Of a DNA stretch of 54,963 nucleotides, positions 9,941 to 21,207 are shown piece after piece. Position 1 is the stretch's first letter. Each line of letters begins with the position of its first letter. Position numbers and translations under genes: made by a program. A model generated the notes under the pieces. That model was not told where the DNA came from, searched no databases, and saw only the letters and a list, made by a program, of their open reading frames with translations. Source of the stretch: a virus (lineage: Duplodnaviria > Caudoviricetes); the IMG/VR virus record IMGVR_UViG_3300046009_012335, positions 1 through 54,963 of that record; one strand, given 5' to 3'.

Positions 9941-11502
9941 GGAACAGAAGATTATTTTCTTACGCTCAAGATAATTACACTAAGTTTTTTTACATAATAA
10001 ACAAAAAGAATTATCTATTTAGAGTTACTTTTTTAAACGCTGATGGTATATCGGTAGATTTTCAAAAAGGTGCTATTAAAGAACTATACTTACATGATCT
10101 GTTAACAAATCCTTTTAAAAGAGGTTACATAGTTATAGATAATACAAATGACGTAATAGAAAGATTCAAATCATCGCCAAGTGATAAAGAATTTTTTGAC
10201 TCCGAAATACAAAGAGGTTATAGAGTAAGAGGTGATGGTAGAGATTTAATACTAATCACTATAATTCCTGTTGAACCAAGTAATAATCCATATAATGATC
10301 AAAGTGTTGATTATAATAGAATTTTTGGATTCCAATATGCATTTATTTTAGGCAATGAACTTGACACATCTTCAGCAACTGGTAAACTTAAAAAGTATGA
10401 ACTAATAGATGCTGATGAAGAATATTTAAAAGATAGAAAGATTTTCTTTTCTACCGTTGATGTATTAAGAAGACCAGATGCTGCGTTTTTATCAGACAGA
10501 CAAAGAGAAGCTTTAACCGGCGATAGTTTAAAATACATTCTTGTAAAAGGATTAGAAGACAACACAGCTATTTTTTCTACACTATCTGGCAACGTTGTAG
10601 ATACACCAAATTTTGAATCAGGTGCAAGTAAAATTTTCTATTCATCACCTAACGATTATTCTGCTTTAGATGACTTAAATTACGTCTATAATTTCCATGT
10701 AAGTAATGAATCTGCTAAAGATTTTTCTTTCTTACAAAAAGATGACTTCATAGGAGAATATACATTACAAAGTTGTAGCAGTATTTTTAATAAAGCATTC
10801 GACAAACAGTCAGATGCAGGTGGATTGTATTTTGTTGAAAATCTTACTATAACAGGTGCGCAGGATGCTCCTAATGTGATAGAAAACGATATAAAAAAGC
10901 CCTTAAGAGCTTTAGAGTTCGGTGAAACAGGAGATATTATTGATGTTAAGTTTTTTAATACACCTGGCTCAGTCTATCAAGACAGAATTCAATCAGTATT
11001 GGTACATGCGTATGACTTTGAAAATAAAACATTTTCTATCAATCAAGTTGACGGTGATATAGAAAAGACTAAAAAGGAATTTACCCAATCCTATGTTCAG
11101 CCTATGAAAGGCAAAGATAATAGACCATCACCAAATTTTATTATCAATAACACTCAAAAGACTAATCAAAACTTTAAAAATGAGTTTTTAATCTATAGTG
11201 AAGATAATGACTTTTTAAAATTATCTGTAGGTAGAAATAGACTATTAAAAGATGCTTTGATGTTAAATTTAGGGGTTGAAATAACCGTACAAGGAGGGTT
11301 TCAAAGAAAATCCGGTAAATTTATAAGCATTGATAGAACAGGTAATTATATAGACAATGACTTTGATAATAAATTTTTAGGTTTATATTTTATTATATCT
11401 GTTGAACATACATTTATTAACGATGATCAATACGTAAATAAAATTATAGCAGTTAAGACGTATCATTTCAATGATCCTAAAATAAACGAAAACATACCAT
11501 GA
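9937..11502 (+). CDS. Baseplate hub protein (gp27-like)
   Basis: N-terminal ELYLHDLL..PF.RGYIVI; C-terminal ITVQG...SGKFISI...GLYFIISVEHTF. Confidence 0.6.
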   Translation: MRNRRLFSYAQDNYTKFFYIINKKNYLFRVTFLNADGISVDFQKGAIKELYLHDLLTNPFKRGYIVIDNTNDVIERFKSSPSDKEFFDSEIQRGYRVRGDGRDLILITIIPVEPSNNPYNDQSVDYNRIFGFQYAFILGNELDTSSATGKLKKYELIDADEEYLKDRKIFFSTVDVLRRPDAAFLSDRQREALTGDSLKYILVKGLEDNTAIFSTLSGNVVDTPNFESGASKIFYSSPNDYSALDDLNYVYNFHVSNESAKDFSFLQKDDFIGEYTLQSCSSIFNKAFDKQSDAGGLYFVENLTITGAQDAPNVIENDIKKPLRALEFGETGDIIDVKFFNTPGSVYQDRIQSVLVHAYDFENKTFSINQVDGDIEKTKKEFTQSYVQPMKGKDNRPSPNFIINNTQKTNQNFKNEFLIYSEDNDFLKLSVGRNRLLKDALMLNLGVEITVQGGFQRKSGKFISIDRTGNYIDNDFDNKFLGLYFIISVEHTFINDDQYVNKIIAVKTYHFNDPKINENIP

Positions 11503-12404
11503 TAAGTAAAACTACCTTATTTCCTGATTACATTGGTATTGTTCAGAATACTAGTTTAGACTTTTATAATAAAAGTACTAATTTATTACAGTATATAGGT
11601 AACTATTTGGGCCAGTTAGAAGAGAATATAAAATTTAATAAAAGCTTAGTAACAACTAACGTTTTATCATCATACGGTGTACTTTACAATCAATTAAATC
11701 AAACAAATTTTACTATACAGAATTATACCATCAATCAACAAAACAATGTTGTACCTCAAGGAGAGGTTACCATGGATAATTCCTTTAAATTATATTTTGT
11801 TGAAAAGTATCTTTCACTATCTAAACAATACAGGGTTATTATCGACAGCTATATTCAGAATAACGAATATTTTAAAAATTTTTCAGATGACATAGGCTAC
11901 ATTACTGATATTAACTCTATTATGGATAATAACGTCAATCCATATTTTGATATTTTTAATCAGCAATACCTATTACAGACCAACGCTCCTGGTACTATAA
12001 ACTCTAAAATAACTAGAGATAATTTAGCATTGTTAAAAACATTTACCTATTATGTTGATCCACTTATGAAGCAAAACTTAGTTGGATTGCAAAATGGTGA
12101 TGTAAACAATAATACAGCTAAAACTTCACATGGTACAAATTTAATAACTGATATATTATACTATGAAAGAGCTGTTGCTAACCAACAAGCATTTTTAAAT
12201 CAAATACAAATAGTATTGGGTAATATTAGTGATTTTATTTTCTTCTTTAAAGGTCTAAATCCTAATGATAGAGACCCTGATAGATATGCATTTTTCTTCA
12301 AATACACTATAACGAATATGGAAGATATGCAGATACAAGTCGATATATTAAAGAATAACTTAAATCACTTATCTTTATCATCTAAAGAAGTACTCGGTGT
12401 TTGA
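11499..12404 (+). CDS. Hypothetical protein (N/Q-rich, probably structural)
   Basis: 301-aa ORF ATGA-coupled to the hub gene. Confidence 0.7.
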   Translation: MISKTTLFPDYIGIVQNTSLDFYNKSTNLLQYIGNYLGQLEENIKFNKSLVTTNVLSSYGVLYNQLNQTNFTIQNYTINQQNNVVPQGEVTMDNSFKLYFVEKYLSLSKQYRVIIDSYIQNNEYFKNFSDDIGYITDINSIMDNNVNPYFDIFNQQYLLQTNAPGTINSKITRDNLALLKTFTYYVDPLMKQNLVGLQNGDVNNNTAKTSHGTNLITDILYYERAVANQQAFLNQIQIVLGNISDFIFFFKGLNPNDRDPDRYAFFFKYTITNMEDMQIQVDILKNNLNHLSLSSKEVLGV

Positions 12405-12847
12405 GTTACTTCCACGTTTATAATTTTAGAATCATCTAAAAGCTTTTTAAGAAGCTCTTCTCTATTCATTACTAACTTGCCTTGTATATCTACCTGTTGC
12501 ATTTCTTTCTTACTATCGATATCCATTGAATTTAATTTAAACTTAGCATCAATATTTTTATTGGTTAATAAAACTTTATTGAGCGTTTCAATAGCAGCAG
12601 CAGATGAATTAACAAGTGTAGCCATTGCAGTGACGTCTTCAGCAGTTGGTGCTGATATGATATATTTTTTTAAATCTTCTACAAACTCTACCGTACCTTT
12701 AATTAACTGACTAGAATGTTGTAAAAGGAATTTTTCAATATCTTCCTTTGACATTTCTTGCGGAACTACGGCAGGCTTAGGAGCATTACCGGTCTGCAAT
12801 TGTTGCAATAGTTCATCAACTGCATTATTTACGTTGTCGTCAGCCAT
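12365..12847 (-). CDS. Putative terminase small subunit (gp16-like)
   Basis: Helical protein with VTAMATLVNSSAAAIETLNKV and C-terminal LVMNREELLKKL resembling gp16 layout; late-type TAAGTA 6 nt upstream. Confidence 0.5.
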   Translation of the reverse strand: MADDNVNNAVDELLQQLQTGNAPKPAVVPQEMSKEDIEKFLLQHSSQLIKGTVEFVEDLKKYIISAPTAEDVTAMATLVNSSAAAIETLNKVLLTNKNIDAKFKLNSMDIDSKKEMQQVDIQGKLVMNREELLKKLLDDSKIINVEVTQTPSTSLDDKDK

Positions 12848-12871
12848 ATAAAATACTTATATATAAACCAC

Positions 12872-12898
12872 TTGATTTAAAGAGAGGATATGTATAAT
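12872..12898 (+). promoter_or_regulatory. Sigma70-like promoter (TTGATT-N15-TATAAT, TG before -10) for dUTPase/clamp loader
   Basis: TTGATT 12872-12877, TATAAT 12893-12898, ATG 6 nt downstream. Confidence 0.55.
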
Positions 12899-12904
12899 AG
12901 TCTT

Positions 12905-13390
12905 ATGTTTCCAGTAGATATTAAATTTGTAAAGACTCATCCTGATGCAGTGCTGCCAAAGTACAATCACTCTGATCCTTATACCGGAGATAGTGGTTTA
13001 GATGTTACTGCAGTTGAAGATGTCGTGATACCTTATAGAGGTAAAGGCCTGATTGAAGGTACCGGTTTTATAAGTGACCCATGGGCTGTTGTACCTGTTG
13101 GTCTTAAGTTAGCTTATATTACACCGGGTTATTGGTTTAGAGTTGAAGGGCGTTCAGGTATGGGCTTTAAGAAACATGTATTTCCTCATTTTGGTATTAT
13201 CGATAACCCTTATAGGGGAGACATGGGTATCAAGCTTTATAATTTTAGTAACGTTGATGTAGAGATCAAGAAAGGCGATAAAATTGCTCAACTTATCGTT
13301 TACCCTCTCATTCAAGCTAATGTTAGCTTTACTGAAGAAGTAGTAGAAACTAAGCGTGGTGAAAAAGGATTTGGATCATCTGGTAACTAA
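12905..13390 (+). CDS. dut: dUTPase (trimeric); start revised to ATG 12905
   Basis: Motifs SGLDV, GRSG, GIIDNPYRG, GDKIAQL, RGEKGFGSSG. Confidence 0.95.
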   Translation: MFPVDIKFVKTHPDAVLPKYNHSDPYTGDSGLDVTAVEDVVIPYRGKGLIEGTGFISDPWAVVPVGLKLAYITPGYWFRVEGRSGMGFKKHVFPHFGIIDNPYRGDMGIKLYNFSNVDVEIKKGDKIAQLIVYPLIQANVSFTEEVVETKRGEKGFGSSGN

Positions 13391-13401
13391 AAATTAATTA
13401 T

Positions 13402-14322
13402 ATGTTCAATAATTTATGGGTAGAAAAATATCGTCCAAAGACTTTGGACGAAATGGTATTATCAGAAGATAATAGAAAGTATTTTAAACAAATTAAAGGT
13501 GAAATACCTAATTTATTGTTTGTAGGTACTCCTGGTATAGGTAAATCTACTATTGCTAAAATTATTGTTCAAGATATTCTAAAGTGTCAATACCTATACA
13601 TAAATGCATCTGATGAAAATGGTATTGACACTATTAGATCTAAGGTTAGCAATTTTTCACAAACTAAAAGTTTAGATGGTAATGTAAAGGTTGTTATACT
13701 AGATGAAGCAGATGGTATAACGATTGATGGACAGAGAGCTTTGCGTAATACAATGGAAGAGTATAGTGCATTTACACGCTTTATTCTTACAGCAAACTAT
13801 AAGCATAAGATTATTCCTGCCATTCAAAGCAGAACACAGCACTTTGATTTAACCCCAGATATTCATTCAGTAGTTGCAAGAATCATTCATATCTTAAAGA
13901 GTGAAAAAATTACAATACCACCCGATGGAGCAGTATACTTAGTTAAATCCATAAAGAGCAATTACCCAGACATTCGTAAAACTATCAACACCGTTCAGAA
14001 GTTAAGTGTATCTGGAACCTTTACGAGCACTGAAAAGACTGATAAGAATGAAATCGTTAATAAGATTCATACCCACATTACTTCAGGTAAGGTTTTAGAT
14101 CTTAGAAAGTATTTGATTGAGAATGAAAGTGAGTTTCAGGGTGATTACGCAACTTTACTCAAGCTTTACTTGAATCATGTTTATTCAAGTGATATTTCAG
14201 ATGATAAGAAGAAGCAGATTATAGTAATAATCAGTGAACATCTTTACAGAGATGTATTCGTCTTGGATAAAGAGATTAATGCTTTCTCTTGTTTTTGCCA
14301 AATAGAGCAGGTTACTGCTTAA
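13402..14322 (+). CDS. Sliding clamp loader ATPase subunit (T4 gp44 / RFC small subunit-like)
   Basis: LWVEKYRP, Walker A GTPGIGKS, INASDE, Walker B ILDEAD, QRALR, IQSR. Confidence 0.95.
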   Translation: MFNNLWVEKYRPKTLDEMVLSEDNRKYFKQIKGEIPNLLFVGTPGIGKSTIAKIIVQDILKCQYLYINASDENGIDTIRSKVSNFSQTKSLDGNVKVVILDEADGITIDGQRALRNTMEEYSAFTRFILTANYKHKIIPAIQSRTQHFDLTPDIHSVVARIIHILKSEKITIPPDGAVYLVKSIKSNYPDIRKTINTVQKLSVSGTFTSTEKTDKNEIVNKIHTHITSGKVLDLRKYLIENESEFQGDYATLLKLYLNHVYSSDISDDKKKQIIVIISEHLYRDVFVLDKEINAFSCFCQIEQVTA

Positions 14323-14929
14323 TAGTTGTTGGTAATGGGGTATAAACTTTATTAAACCCTTTTACCTCTGGCGATCTTGCACCTTTAGCAGGTTCTGAAG
14401 AAATTACTACGTTCTTATTAAGAAGCTTCGTCTCAGTTCTACGTAAAGTACTACCATCTTGAGACATTAATGTCTGCAAGTATGGATTATATGGTGATTC
14501 GTTATCTTCTTCTGGAGGAGTTGGTTTATGGTTAATCTTCTCCTTCTTTCTCATACTCTGAGGTATGTCAGGAAGGTTTGAATATGTATTAACTGCAATT
14601 ACTAGGTCCGAAGGAACTGTTACCTTGTTTTGAAGATCAAATAAACCAGGAGCTAATTCAATTGCCAACTCAACTGAAAATCCGTTTCCTCTGTTTTGAT
14701 CATTACCTGTAGCATGAGAAGGAAACATTGGTTTAACGTCAACAACTCTGATGTTTTTATCAGTGTTAACTAAAAGTTCGATGTACTCTTTTACATCATC
14801 ACCCAAAGCTTTATATGAGTCTTTGCTCTTATAATTCTTGACAAATTTGACAACATCACTAACAAGCTTACCGCCATTTGTATATCTTTGGATGTTCTCT
14901 TGAATCTTAACTAAAAATTTGTTGGCCAT
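14312..14929 (-). CDS. Hypothetical late protein
   Basis: 205-aa ORF with TAAATA-N5-ATG late promoter (14935-14940). Confidence 0.75.
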   Translation of the reverse strand: MANKFLVKIQENIQRYTNGGKLVSDVVKFVKNYKSKDSYKALGDDVKEYIELLVNTDKNIRVVDVKPMFPSHATGNDQNRGNGFSVELAIELAPGLFDLQNKVTVPSDLVIAVNTYSNLPDIPQSMRKKEKINHKPTPPEEDNESPYNPYLQTLMSQDGSTLRRTETKLLNKNVVISSEPAKGARSPEVKGFNKVYTPLPTTIKQ

Positions 14930-14984
14930 ATTATTATTTATTAATTCTTAGTATATTTCTATTCTCGATCTAAATATTATTACA

Positions 14985-15470
14985 ATGCCAAAAATTACAT
15001 TAGACATACTTTCTAACGTTAATTCTAATAGAAATAACGCTAATGTATATACTGATTTGCATTTAGATTTAACAGTGGGTAGTACATATAATGATCAGTT
15101 ATATAAGCAAGAGCAAGTCCTGGATGTTCAAGCAGATACTAACTTAGCAGCAATTTATAACAGCATTAGAAGCATTCTCACTACATCGCCTGGACAAAAG
15201 CCGTTAAATCCTGTTTTTGGGGTTGGGTTTGGAGGTATTTTATTTCAACAAGTCACTCCTGGTAGAGCTAAGTCAATAGGTGAAGCAATTTTTCAAGGTA
15301 TTCAGAGATACGAGCCAAGAGTAAATATAATAAATGTCAATGTTATTCCTGACCCAGATAACAATCAATATACCATTGAACTTACAATTTCAGTACCAAG
15401 ATTTAGTTCTCAACAAGTTAAAATCGTTGGTACATTAGACAAATCAGGCTTTTACTATAGTGCAAATTAA
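14985..15470 (+). CDS. Baseplate wedge subunit, T4 gp25-like
   Basis: YTDLHLDL, AIYNSIRSILTTSPGQKPLNPVFG, IQRYEPRV. Confidence 0.93.
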   Translation: MPKITLDILSNVNSNRNNANVYTDLHLDLTVGSTYNDQLYKQEQVLDVQADTNLAAIYNSIRSILTTSPGQKPLNPVFGVGFGGILFQQVTPGRAKSIGEAIFQGIQRYEPRVNIINVNVIPDPDNNQYTIELTISVPRFSSQQVKIVGTLDKSGFYYSAN

Positions 15471-15472
15471 TT

Positions 15473-17290
15473 ATGGCTGACAAACTTACAGAATTCTCTT
15501 TAGCTAGAAACAGTTATGCAACATTTGATGCATTAACTTTAAAACAACTCATTCGTCAAAGACTAAATGAAGGGGGAGTTTTTACTGATCAAAATTTTGA
15601 AGGTAGCAATATCAGTGCTATTACTGACATTATAGCTTTATCTTACCACTATCTTCTTTTCTATCTTAATAGTACAAGCAGTCAGTCAATGTTTAATGAA
15701 GCAACTATTTATGAAAACATGAATAGACTTGTAAAATTGATTAACTACAATCCTACAGGTTATAAAACTTCATTACTTTCATTTAACGCTACAGCTAATA
15801 GTAACTTACCTGCTAATGTATATACAATTCCAAGATATTCATATTTCACTGTAAATGGAATCATTTACTCTTTTATTAAGGATACTACATTTAGTAAACA
15901 GTTAGCTGGAGATGAGGATTTAATTTCACTATCAACTGAAAATTTACTTTACCAAGGACCATATGTTGAATACCCTGGTCAAGTTGCTACCGGTGAACCA
16001 TTTGAAACTTTAACTGTTGTAGTTAAAGACAATATCAGTAACAACCCAATTAACATTGATCAAGACAGCATTAATGTTTATGTATTAAGCTCTGTTACTA
16101 ACAAGTACACAGAATTTAGACGTACAAGTTCTTTGTTCTTAGAAACGAATACATCTGCAGTTTATGAATTAAGATATAACGAAAACGGTTATTACGAAAT
16201 AAAATTCGGTAATAACGTATTCGGTCAGCAGTTAACACCTGGTGATACAATTTACGTTTATTACGTCCAAAGTAACGGTGAGTCAGGTATTATATCAGCT
16301 AACCAATTAAATGGTAATCCGATTAATTTTTACACTACACCTCAATTCTTAAGAATTAGTGCAGATGTTTTAAATAACACGTTAAATTATCTCACTGATA
16401 CAGAAGCTTCTCAAATTACTTTCTCTAATGAGTTAGCTTCTTCACCACCTAACCAACCAGAATCAGTTGATCAAATAAGACAAAACGCACCAAAAACGTT
16501 CTTCAGTCAAAATAGACTTATCACTGAACAAGACTTTAAAACGTTTATTGATAAAAATTTTAATAACATTGTTATAAGTTCAGCTATTGTTAATAACAAC
16601 GATTATATTGATACATTCATAAAGTATTTTTATGATTTAGGTATTACAAGACCAAATGTTGATCCAAGATATCTATTCAATGAAGTGAATTTTTCACACG
16701 CCGGACAGACAAACAACATTTACATTTTCTGTATACCTAAGATTAAGAGTGTAGGTGACGATAATACTCAATACTTCTTACAAAATTCTCAAAAGAACGT
16801 AATATTATCTTCAATGAGAGATCTAAAAGCATTGAATATGGATTTAATACCTCAAGATCCAATCTATCAAGCTTTTACTTTAGGTTTAGCAGCTCCAGGT
16901 GAAACTTTAAATGAAGATATTTACAAGACTACATTCCTAGTAATAAAGAGATCTTCAGATGTAAGAGTAGATGTTGATTCAATTAAAAACAACGTTAATA
17001 CCATATTTGAAAGATATTTTGCACCAGAAGCTTGTGAATTAGGTCAATTGATTAATATCAATGATTTGGTAACACAAATTTTAAGCATCAATGGTGTAGA
17101 AACATTCTCAGTAAGAAGAGTTTTATCTGATGGCTCTATTATTACAAACAACGGATTGACTTTACTAACATTCAATCCTAATTATTCAAACGTTGATATT
17201 GATATTGTTACAGCAAACATACAATTACCATATTTTAAGTTTCCATTCTTATGGAATAAGACAATACTCAACAATATAATAGTAGAATAA
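15473..17290 (+). CDS. Baseplate wedge subunit, T4 gp6-like
   Basis: FTDQNFEGS, YEIKFGNNVFG, ESVDQIRQNAP...QNRLITEQDF. Confidence 0.92.
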   Translation: MADKLTEFSLARNSYATFDALTLKQLIRQRLNEGGVFTDQNFEGSNISAITDIIALSYHYLLFYLNSTSSQSMFNEATIYENMNRLVKLINYNPTGYKTSLLSFNATANSNLPANVYTIPRYSYFTVNGIIYSFIKDTTFSKQLAGDEDLISLSTENLLYQGPYVEYPGQVATGEPFETLTVVVKDNISNNPINIDQDSINVYVLSSVTNKYTEFRRTSSLFLETNTSAVYELRYNENGYYEIKFGNNVFGQQLTPGDTIYVYYVQSNGESGIISANQLNGNPINFYTTPQFLRISADVLNNTLNYLTDTEASQITFSNELASSPPNQPESVDQIRQNAPKTFFSQNRLITEQDFKTFIDKNFNNIVISSAIVNNNDYIDTFIKYFYDLGITRPNVDPRYLFNEVNFSHAGQTNNIYIFCIPKIKSVGDDNTQYFLQNSQKNVILSSMRDLKALNMDLIPQDPIYQAFTLGLAAPGETLNEDIYKTTFLVIKRSSDVRVDVDSIKNNVNTIFERYFAPEACELGQLININDLVTQILSINGVETFSVRRVLSDGSIITNNGLTLLTFNPNYSNVDIDIVTANIQLPYFKFPFLWNKTILNNIIVE

Positions 17291-17291
17291 C

Positions 17292-17510
17292 ATGCCTAAT
17301 CCTATAAGATTTTCTGACGATCCTAATAACAAAATTGTTACAGCTTACTTAGACAACGGTTTATCTGTTGTAATAGAAAGTATGAGTAATAGTAATTATG
17401 TTAGCCCTCCAGGTTACGGAGACCCTGCAGGTACAGCAGAAAAATACGGGCAAGCGATGAGAGATAGAGTTGCTCAATATAAAACGGAGTTGGTAAAACA
17501 GACTAACTAA
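17292..17510 (+). CDS. Hypothetical protein (72 aa)
   Basis: Tightly packed between gp6-like and the next gene (TAATG overlap). Confidence 0.65.
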   Translation: MPNPIRFSDDPNNKIVTAYLDNGLSVVIESMSNSNYVSPPGYGDPAGTAEKYGQAMRDRVAQYKTELVKQTN

Positions 17511-19804
17511 TGGCTTGTTTTTCAAATACATTTTGGACACTAAACTGTACTTGCGGAGCTACAGACATACAATACTATGACTGCAGTGGTGTATTACAGA
17601 CTATAGATCCTGCTACATGCGGAGGTACTACTTACCAAATCACCTATAGTGATGATTACGGATTTCCGTTTACACCAACTTGCGATATCAATTACAGTTG
17701 TAACTGTACATTGACAGAAGTACCTGGTCCAAGTCCAAGTCCTTCAATAACATCTACACCATCAGTAACCCCATCGATTACCCCTTCCATAACATCGACA
17801 CCATCAATTACACCGTCGATTACACCATCGATCACCTCATCAACTTCCCCATCACCGTCAGTTACTCCTTCTGTAACACCTTCAGTAACACCATCAATCA
17901 CACCTTCACCATCATCATCACTTTTAATATCCCCTTCAGTAACACCATCTAGAACACCGTCCTTTACACCGTCTAGTACACCTTCAGGTACTCCAGGGCC
18001 GACACCATCAGTTTCAGTCACATCTTCAATAGGACCAACACCATCCATATCAGTTACAGCTTCTGTAGCTCCTACACCCACACCATCAGTCACTTCTTCA
18101 GTAGGACCAACACCTACACCGTCAGTAACATCTTCTGTAGCCGCAACACCATCAGTTTCGGTAACTACATCAATAGGTGCCACGCCTACACCGTCAGTAA
18201 CCTCATCACTTGGACCAACACCGACACCTTCAGTTACATCTTCATTACCACCTACACCATCTGTTTCAATATCAGCAGGAATTCCTCCATCTGCTTCACC
18301 TTCGTTATCACCAACACCATCAGTAACTAGATCAATAGGTGCAACACCGTCAGTATCACCATCACTATCATTAACACCTACCCCGTCAACATCTATAGGA
18401 GCTACACCATCATCATCAATATCTCCTTCACCAACTACAACACCATCAATTTCATTAGGATCGTCACAAAGCCCAACACCATCACCGACACCTACAGCAA
18501 CACCGTCCCCGACATTTACACAAACACCCACACCCACACCTTCTACCACACCATCTAATACACCCGATGCTACACCATCTGTAACACCTACAAGAACAGC
18601 ATCAGTTACCCCATCTCTTACACCGGCAGCATCTCAATCACCTTCACTTTCAGTAACACCGTCAGTAACACCGTCTAAAACACCTTCTGTTACAGTTTCA
18701 ATAACACCTACAATAACCTCTTCTGTTACACCTAGCGTAACTCCTGCAGCATCACAATCACCATCACCTTCAATTACACCATCTGTAACTCCTTCACCGT
18801 CTATAACACCTAGCAGAACACCATCTCTAACAGTTCAAGTTTGTTTCTTAGCTGCTGAATCCCCTGTTGATACAGGTTTTGATACAGAAAATGAACAAGA
18901 CCAGATAGTAGTTGATTGTTTACCTTCTGAATCACCATCACCTTCACCATCCCCATCACCATCTGCTACACCTTCACCATCTGCTACTCCAGCTGAAACA
19001 CCTCCACCATCTGGTTCACCGACACCTAGTGTTACCCCAGACCCGTCACCTTCTAAGTCCCCAGCACCTACACCTTCATTAACTTCAACACCAGTACCTT
19101 CATTAACTCCATTTATTGGGTTTACAAATGAAAGTGATATTAATTTCCCGATATTTGCATTAAGTGATATTCTTTTCTCTTCTAACAGCGCTGATACTAG
19201 TGCTGGTGGTGGCGGAGGTGGTACCCCACCTCCTACTCCTTCTATACAAGATAAGAGAGCCTACGAGTACGTAACCAATACAATCATTAATAAAGCATTA
19301 ATGAAGTTGATGGCTAATAATAGAACATTAACAAAGTATCTTAACTATAAGTTTACTGGAACTTTAAACCCAGAAACTAATGAGGTATTTTCTGGAGATA
19401 TTGTACCATTAACAGAAGAAGAAAAAGACTTAATAAACTTCATCTACACAAATCAATGCTTTGTAAATGTAAATGAAAAAACAGCACCTCAAGTTCTTAC
19501 AAGAGTGTTTCAATGTTTATACGAATCAGGTAATGTAATTTCTAAATTAACCAACTTAGATATTACTAATTTAGAAAGTTTAATTTCCACATTGAACTTT
19601 ATTGAGCCAATTCCTTCCCCGTCGGTAACACCTACTATTACACCATCAGTTACCCCATCAATATCTCTTTCACCGTTACCAACTATTACACCAACTATTA
19701 CACCTTCACCGACACGTACACCTACAATAACTCCTTCACCTACACCATCTATATCAATATCACCAACAGTCCCAGTATCACCTGAGCTGTCACCGTTTGT
19801 TTAA
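17510..19804 (+). CDS. Mucin-like Ser/Thr/Pro-rich virion protein with Cys-rich N-terminal domain
   Basis: About 65-aa N-terminus with 8 Cys, long PS(V/I)T repeats, globular domain near the C-terminus. Confidence 0.8.
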   Translation: MACFSNTFWTLNCTCGATDIQYYDCSGVLQTIDPATCGGTTYQITYSDDYGFPFTPTCDINYSCNCTLTEVPGPSPSPSITSTPSVTPSITPSITSTPSITPSITPSITSSTSPSPSVTPSVTPSVTPSITPSPSSSLLISPSVTPSRTPSFTPSSTPSGTPGPTPSVSVTSSIGPTPSISVTASVAPTPTPSVTSSVGPTPTPSVTSSVAATPSVSVTTSIGATPTPSVTSSLGPTPTPSVTSSLPPTPSVSISAGIPPSASPSLSPTPSVTRSIGATPSVSPSLSLTPTPSTSIGATPSSSISPSPTTTPSISLGSSQSPTPSPTPTATPSPTFTQTPTPTPSTTPSNTPDATPSVTPTRTASVTPSLTPAASQSPSLSVTPSVTPSKTPSVTVSITPTITSSVTPSVTPAASQSPSPSITPSVTPSPSITPSRTPSLTVQVCFLAAESPVDTGFDTENEQDQIVVDCLPSESPSPSPSPSPSATPSPSATPAETPPPSGSPTPSVTPDPSPSKSPAPTPSLTSTPVPSLTPFIGFTNESDINFPIFALSDILFSSNSADTSAGGGGGGTPPPTPSIQDKRAYEYVTNTIINKALMKLMANNRTLTKYLNYKFTGTLNPETNEVFSGDIVPLTEEEKDLINFIYTNQCFVNVNEKTAPQVLTRVFQCLYESGNVISKLTNLDITNLESLISTLNFIEPIPSPSVTPTITPSVTPSISLSPLPTITPTITPSPTRTPTITPSPTPSISISPTVPVSPELSPFV

Positions 19805-19818
19805 CATAAATATCATTA

Positions 19819-21207
19819 ATGAGTTCCTATGATGTAAATGTTTTTGTTTCATTTAAAACAGAAGCTCTTGTTGATCCACAACAGCAGCTTATGGGATTCA
19901 ATAATGTAAGCCATTATTTAAATACAGTACCGGGTAGCCAAACTTGCACTATATCTGCTCATAATTTAAATCAAATTACAGGATTAAAGATTACAAGCAA
20001 TGGTATTAACAGTGATAACTTTAACTTATTCCCTGTAAAGTATATTGGAGAGAAAGTAAATTTTACGGTAAATCTTATAGATTCAAACGATTATCAGGTT
20101 AAAGATTACCCTTTATTACCGTTAAGCGCTTTTAGTTTTTCTATTATAGATTCAACAAGTGCAACACTATCAGGAGTTTCTTTCTTCTCTAATTTTGGTT
20201 TATTGAGTACATTACCACAAGGTGGATTCTTTAAAGGATACTTTACAAGTTCCCTTTCAGCTGAAAATGTTTCCCTTTTAACTAAATTATCTACTACTAA
20301 TCTTCAACTAACAGGGTTTTCTAACCTATTTTCTATTTACCCGTCATGCGGTATATACAGTGTTCGTAAAGTAAACGAAAACTTCGATCAAACAGCTGCT
20401 TTCAATAGTTTAATCTATCAACCAATATTAGTAGATCAGTATAACTTTTTTAATAACTTCTTAGGTCAAATAGTAGGTAATGCTAACTCTGATCCCAATA
20501 CACTTGGTATAGAAGTATATGAAAAGATTGCAAACTACATATCAAACATTGATGATATAGATTATAGCAACTTAAACCAGTTAAAGTCATTACTTGATAA
20601 TATAAATGTAACATATGAAAACTTTAACTATGAATATCCCCCGTCATTAAGAAGACTAGCAGATATTCTTTCAGTTAAACATAAAAAGTTATTTGGTCAA
20701 ACTAATCAGTTCCAAGGTAATTTTAACAATAAAGGTTATTTCAATAACACTAGTTATGGTGTTAATAAAGGTGCAAAACTAGATATAACAACTACTTTAC
20801 TATCTGCTGGCTCTGCTGTAACTCAGCCATATGTAGTTGCATATGAGAAGTTTAGTAGTTTGTATACGGTGGTAAATATGAATTTAGTAAGCTTAAGTTC
20901 TTACTATACTACAGTACCCGGTTTATCTACTTTTGCATTATCAGGTGTAAACAATTCCTGGGGATGGAATTTAGTACTACCCCAAGGTGTTACAGGTGTA
21001 GGGGTAAACGATTATTACGAATTTTATCAATTTGTACCTACTGTACAGGGATCACTTTTACAGAAGTTTATTGACTTTGATAATCCAAATAACACCCTTT
21101 CTATTACCAATAGCGGATATACCGACTATGTTGAAAAGGGTGGTATAATGGACAATATCTTATTAAACAACATCTACACTAACTTGCAAATTATTACGTG
21201 CGGATAG
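19819..21207 (+). CDS. Virion structural protein (possibly gp7/P2 gpI-like wedge domain in C-terminal half)
   Basis: Late promoter 19807-19812; ...NIDDIDYSNLNQLKSLL...YPPSLRRL segment loosely wedge-like. Confidence 0.5.
   Translation: MSSYDVNVFVSFKTEALVDPQQQLMGFNNVSHYLNTVPGSQTCTISAHNLNQITGLKITSNGINSDNFNLFPVKYIGEKVNFTVNLIDSNDYQVKDYPLLPLSAFSFSIIDSTSATLSGVSFFSNFGLLSTLPQGGFFKGYFTSSLSAENVSLLTKLSTTNLQLTGFSNLFSIYPSCGIYSVRKVNENFDQTAAFNSLIYQPILVDQYNFFNNFLGQIVGNANSDPNTLGIEVYEKIANYISNIDDIDYSNLNQLKSLLDNINVTYENFNYEYPPSLRRLADILSVKHKKLFGQTNQFQGNFNNKGYFNNTSYGVNKGAKLDITTTLLSAGSAVTQPYVVAYEKFSSLYTVVNMNLVSLSSYYTTVPGLSTFALSGVNNSWGWNLVLPQGVTGVGVNDYYEFYQFVPTVQGSLLQKFIDFDNPNNTLSITNSGYTDYVEKGGIMDNILLNNIYTNLQIITCG

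Noticed and set aside
1521-12710. Short opposite-strand ORFs inside structural genes (1521, 2874, 3498, 4228, 6020, 6705, 7092, 7578, 7800, 8943, 9241, 10311, 12477)
   Set aside because: Fully nested antisense to well-supported genes, with no motifs or promoter signals
17692-18549. 285-aa G/V/D/E-rich ORF on - strand
   Set aside because: Antisense shadow of the S/T/P repeat gene; such codons rarely give stops on the opposite strand
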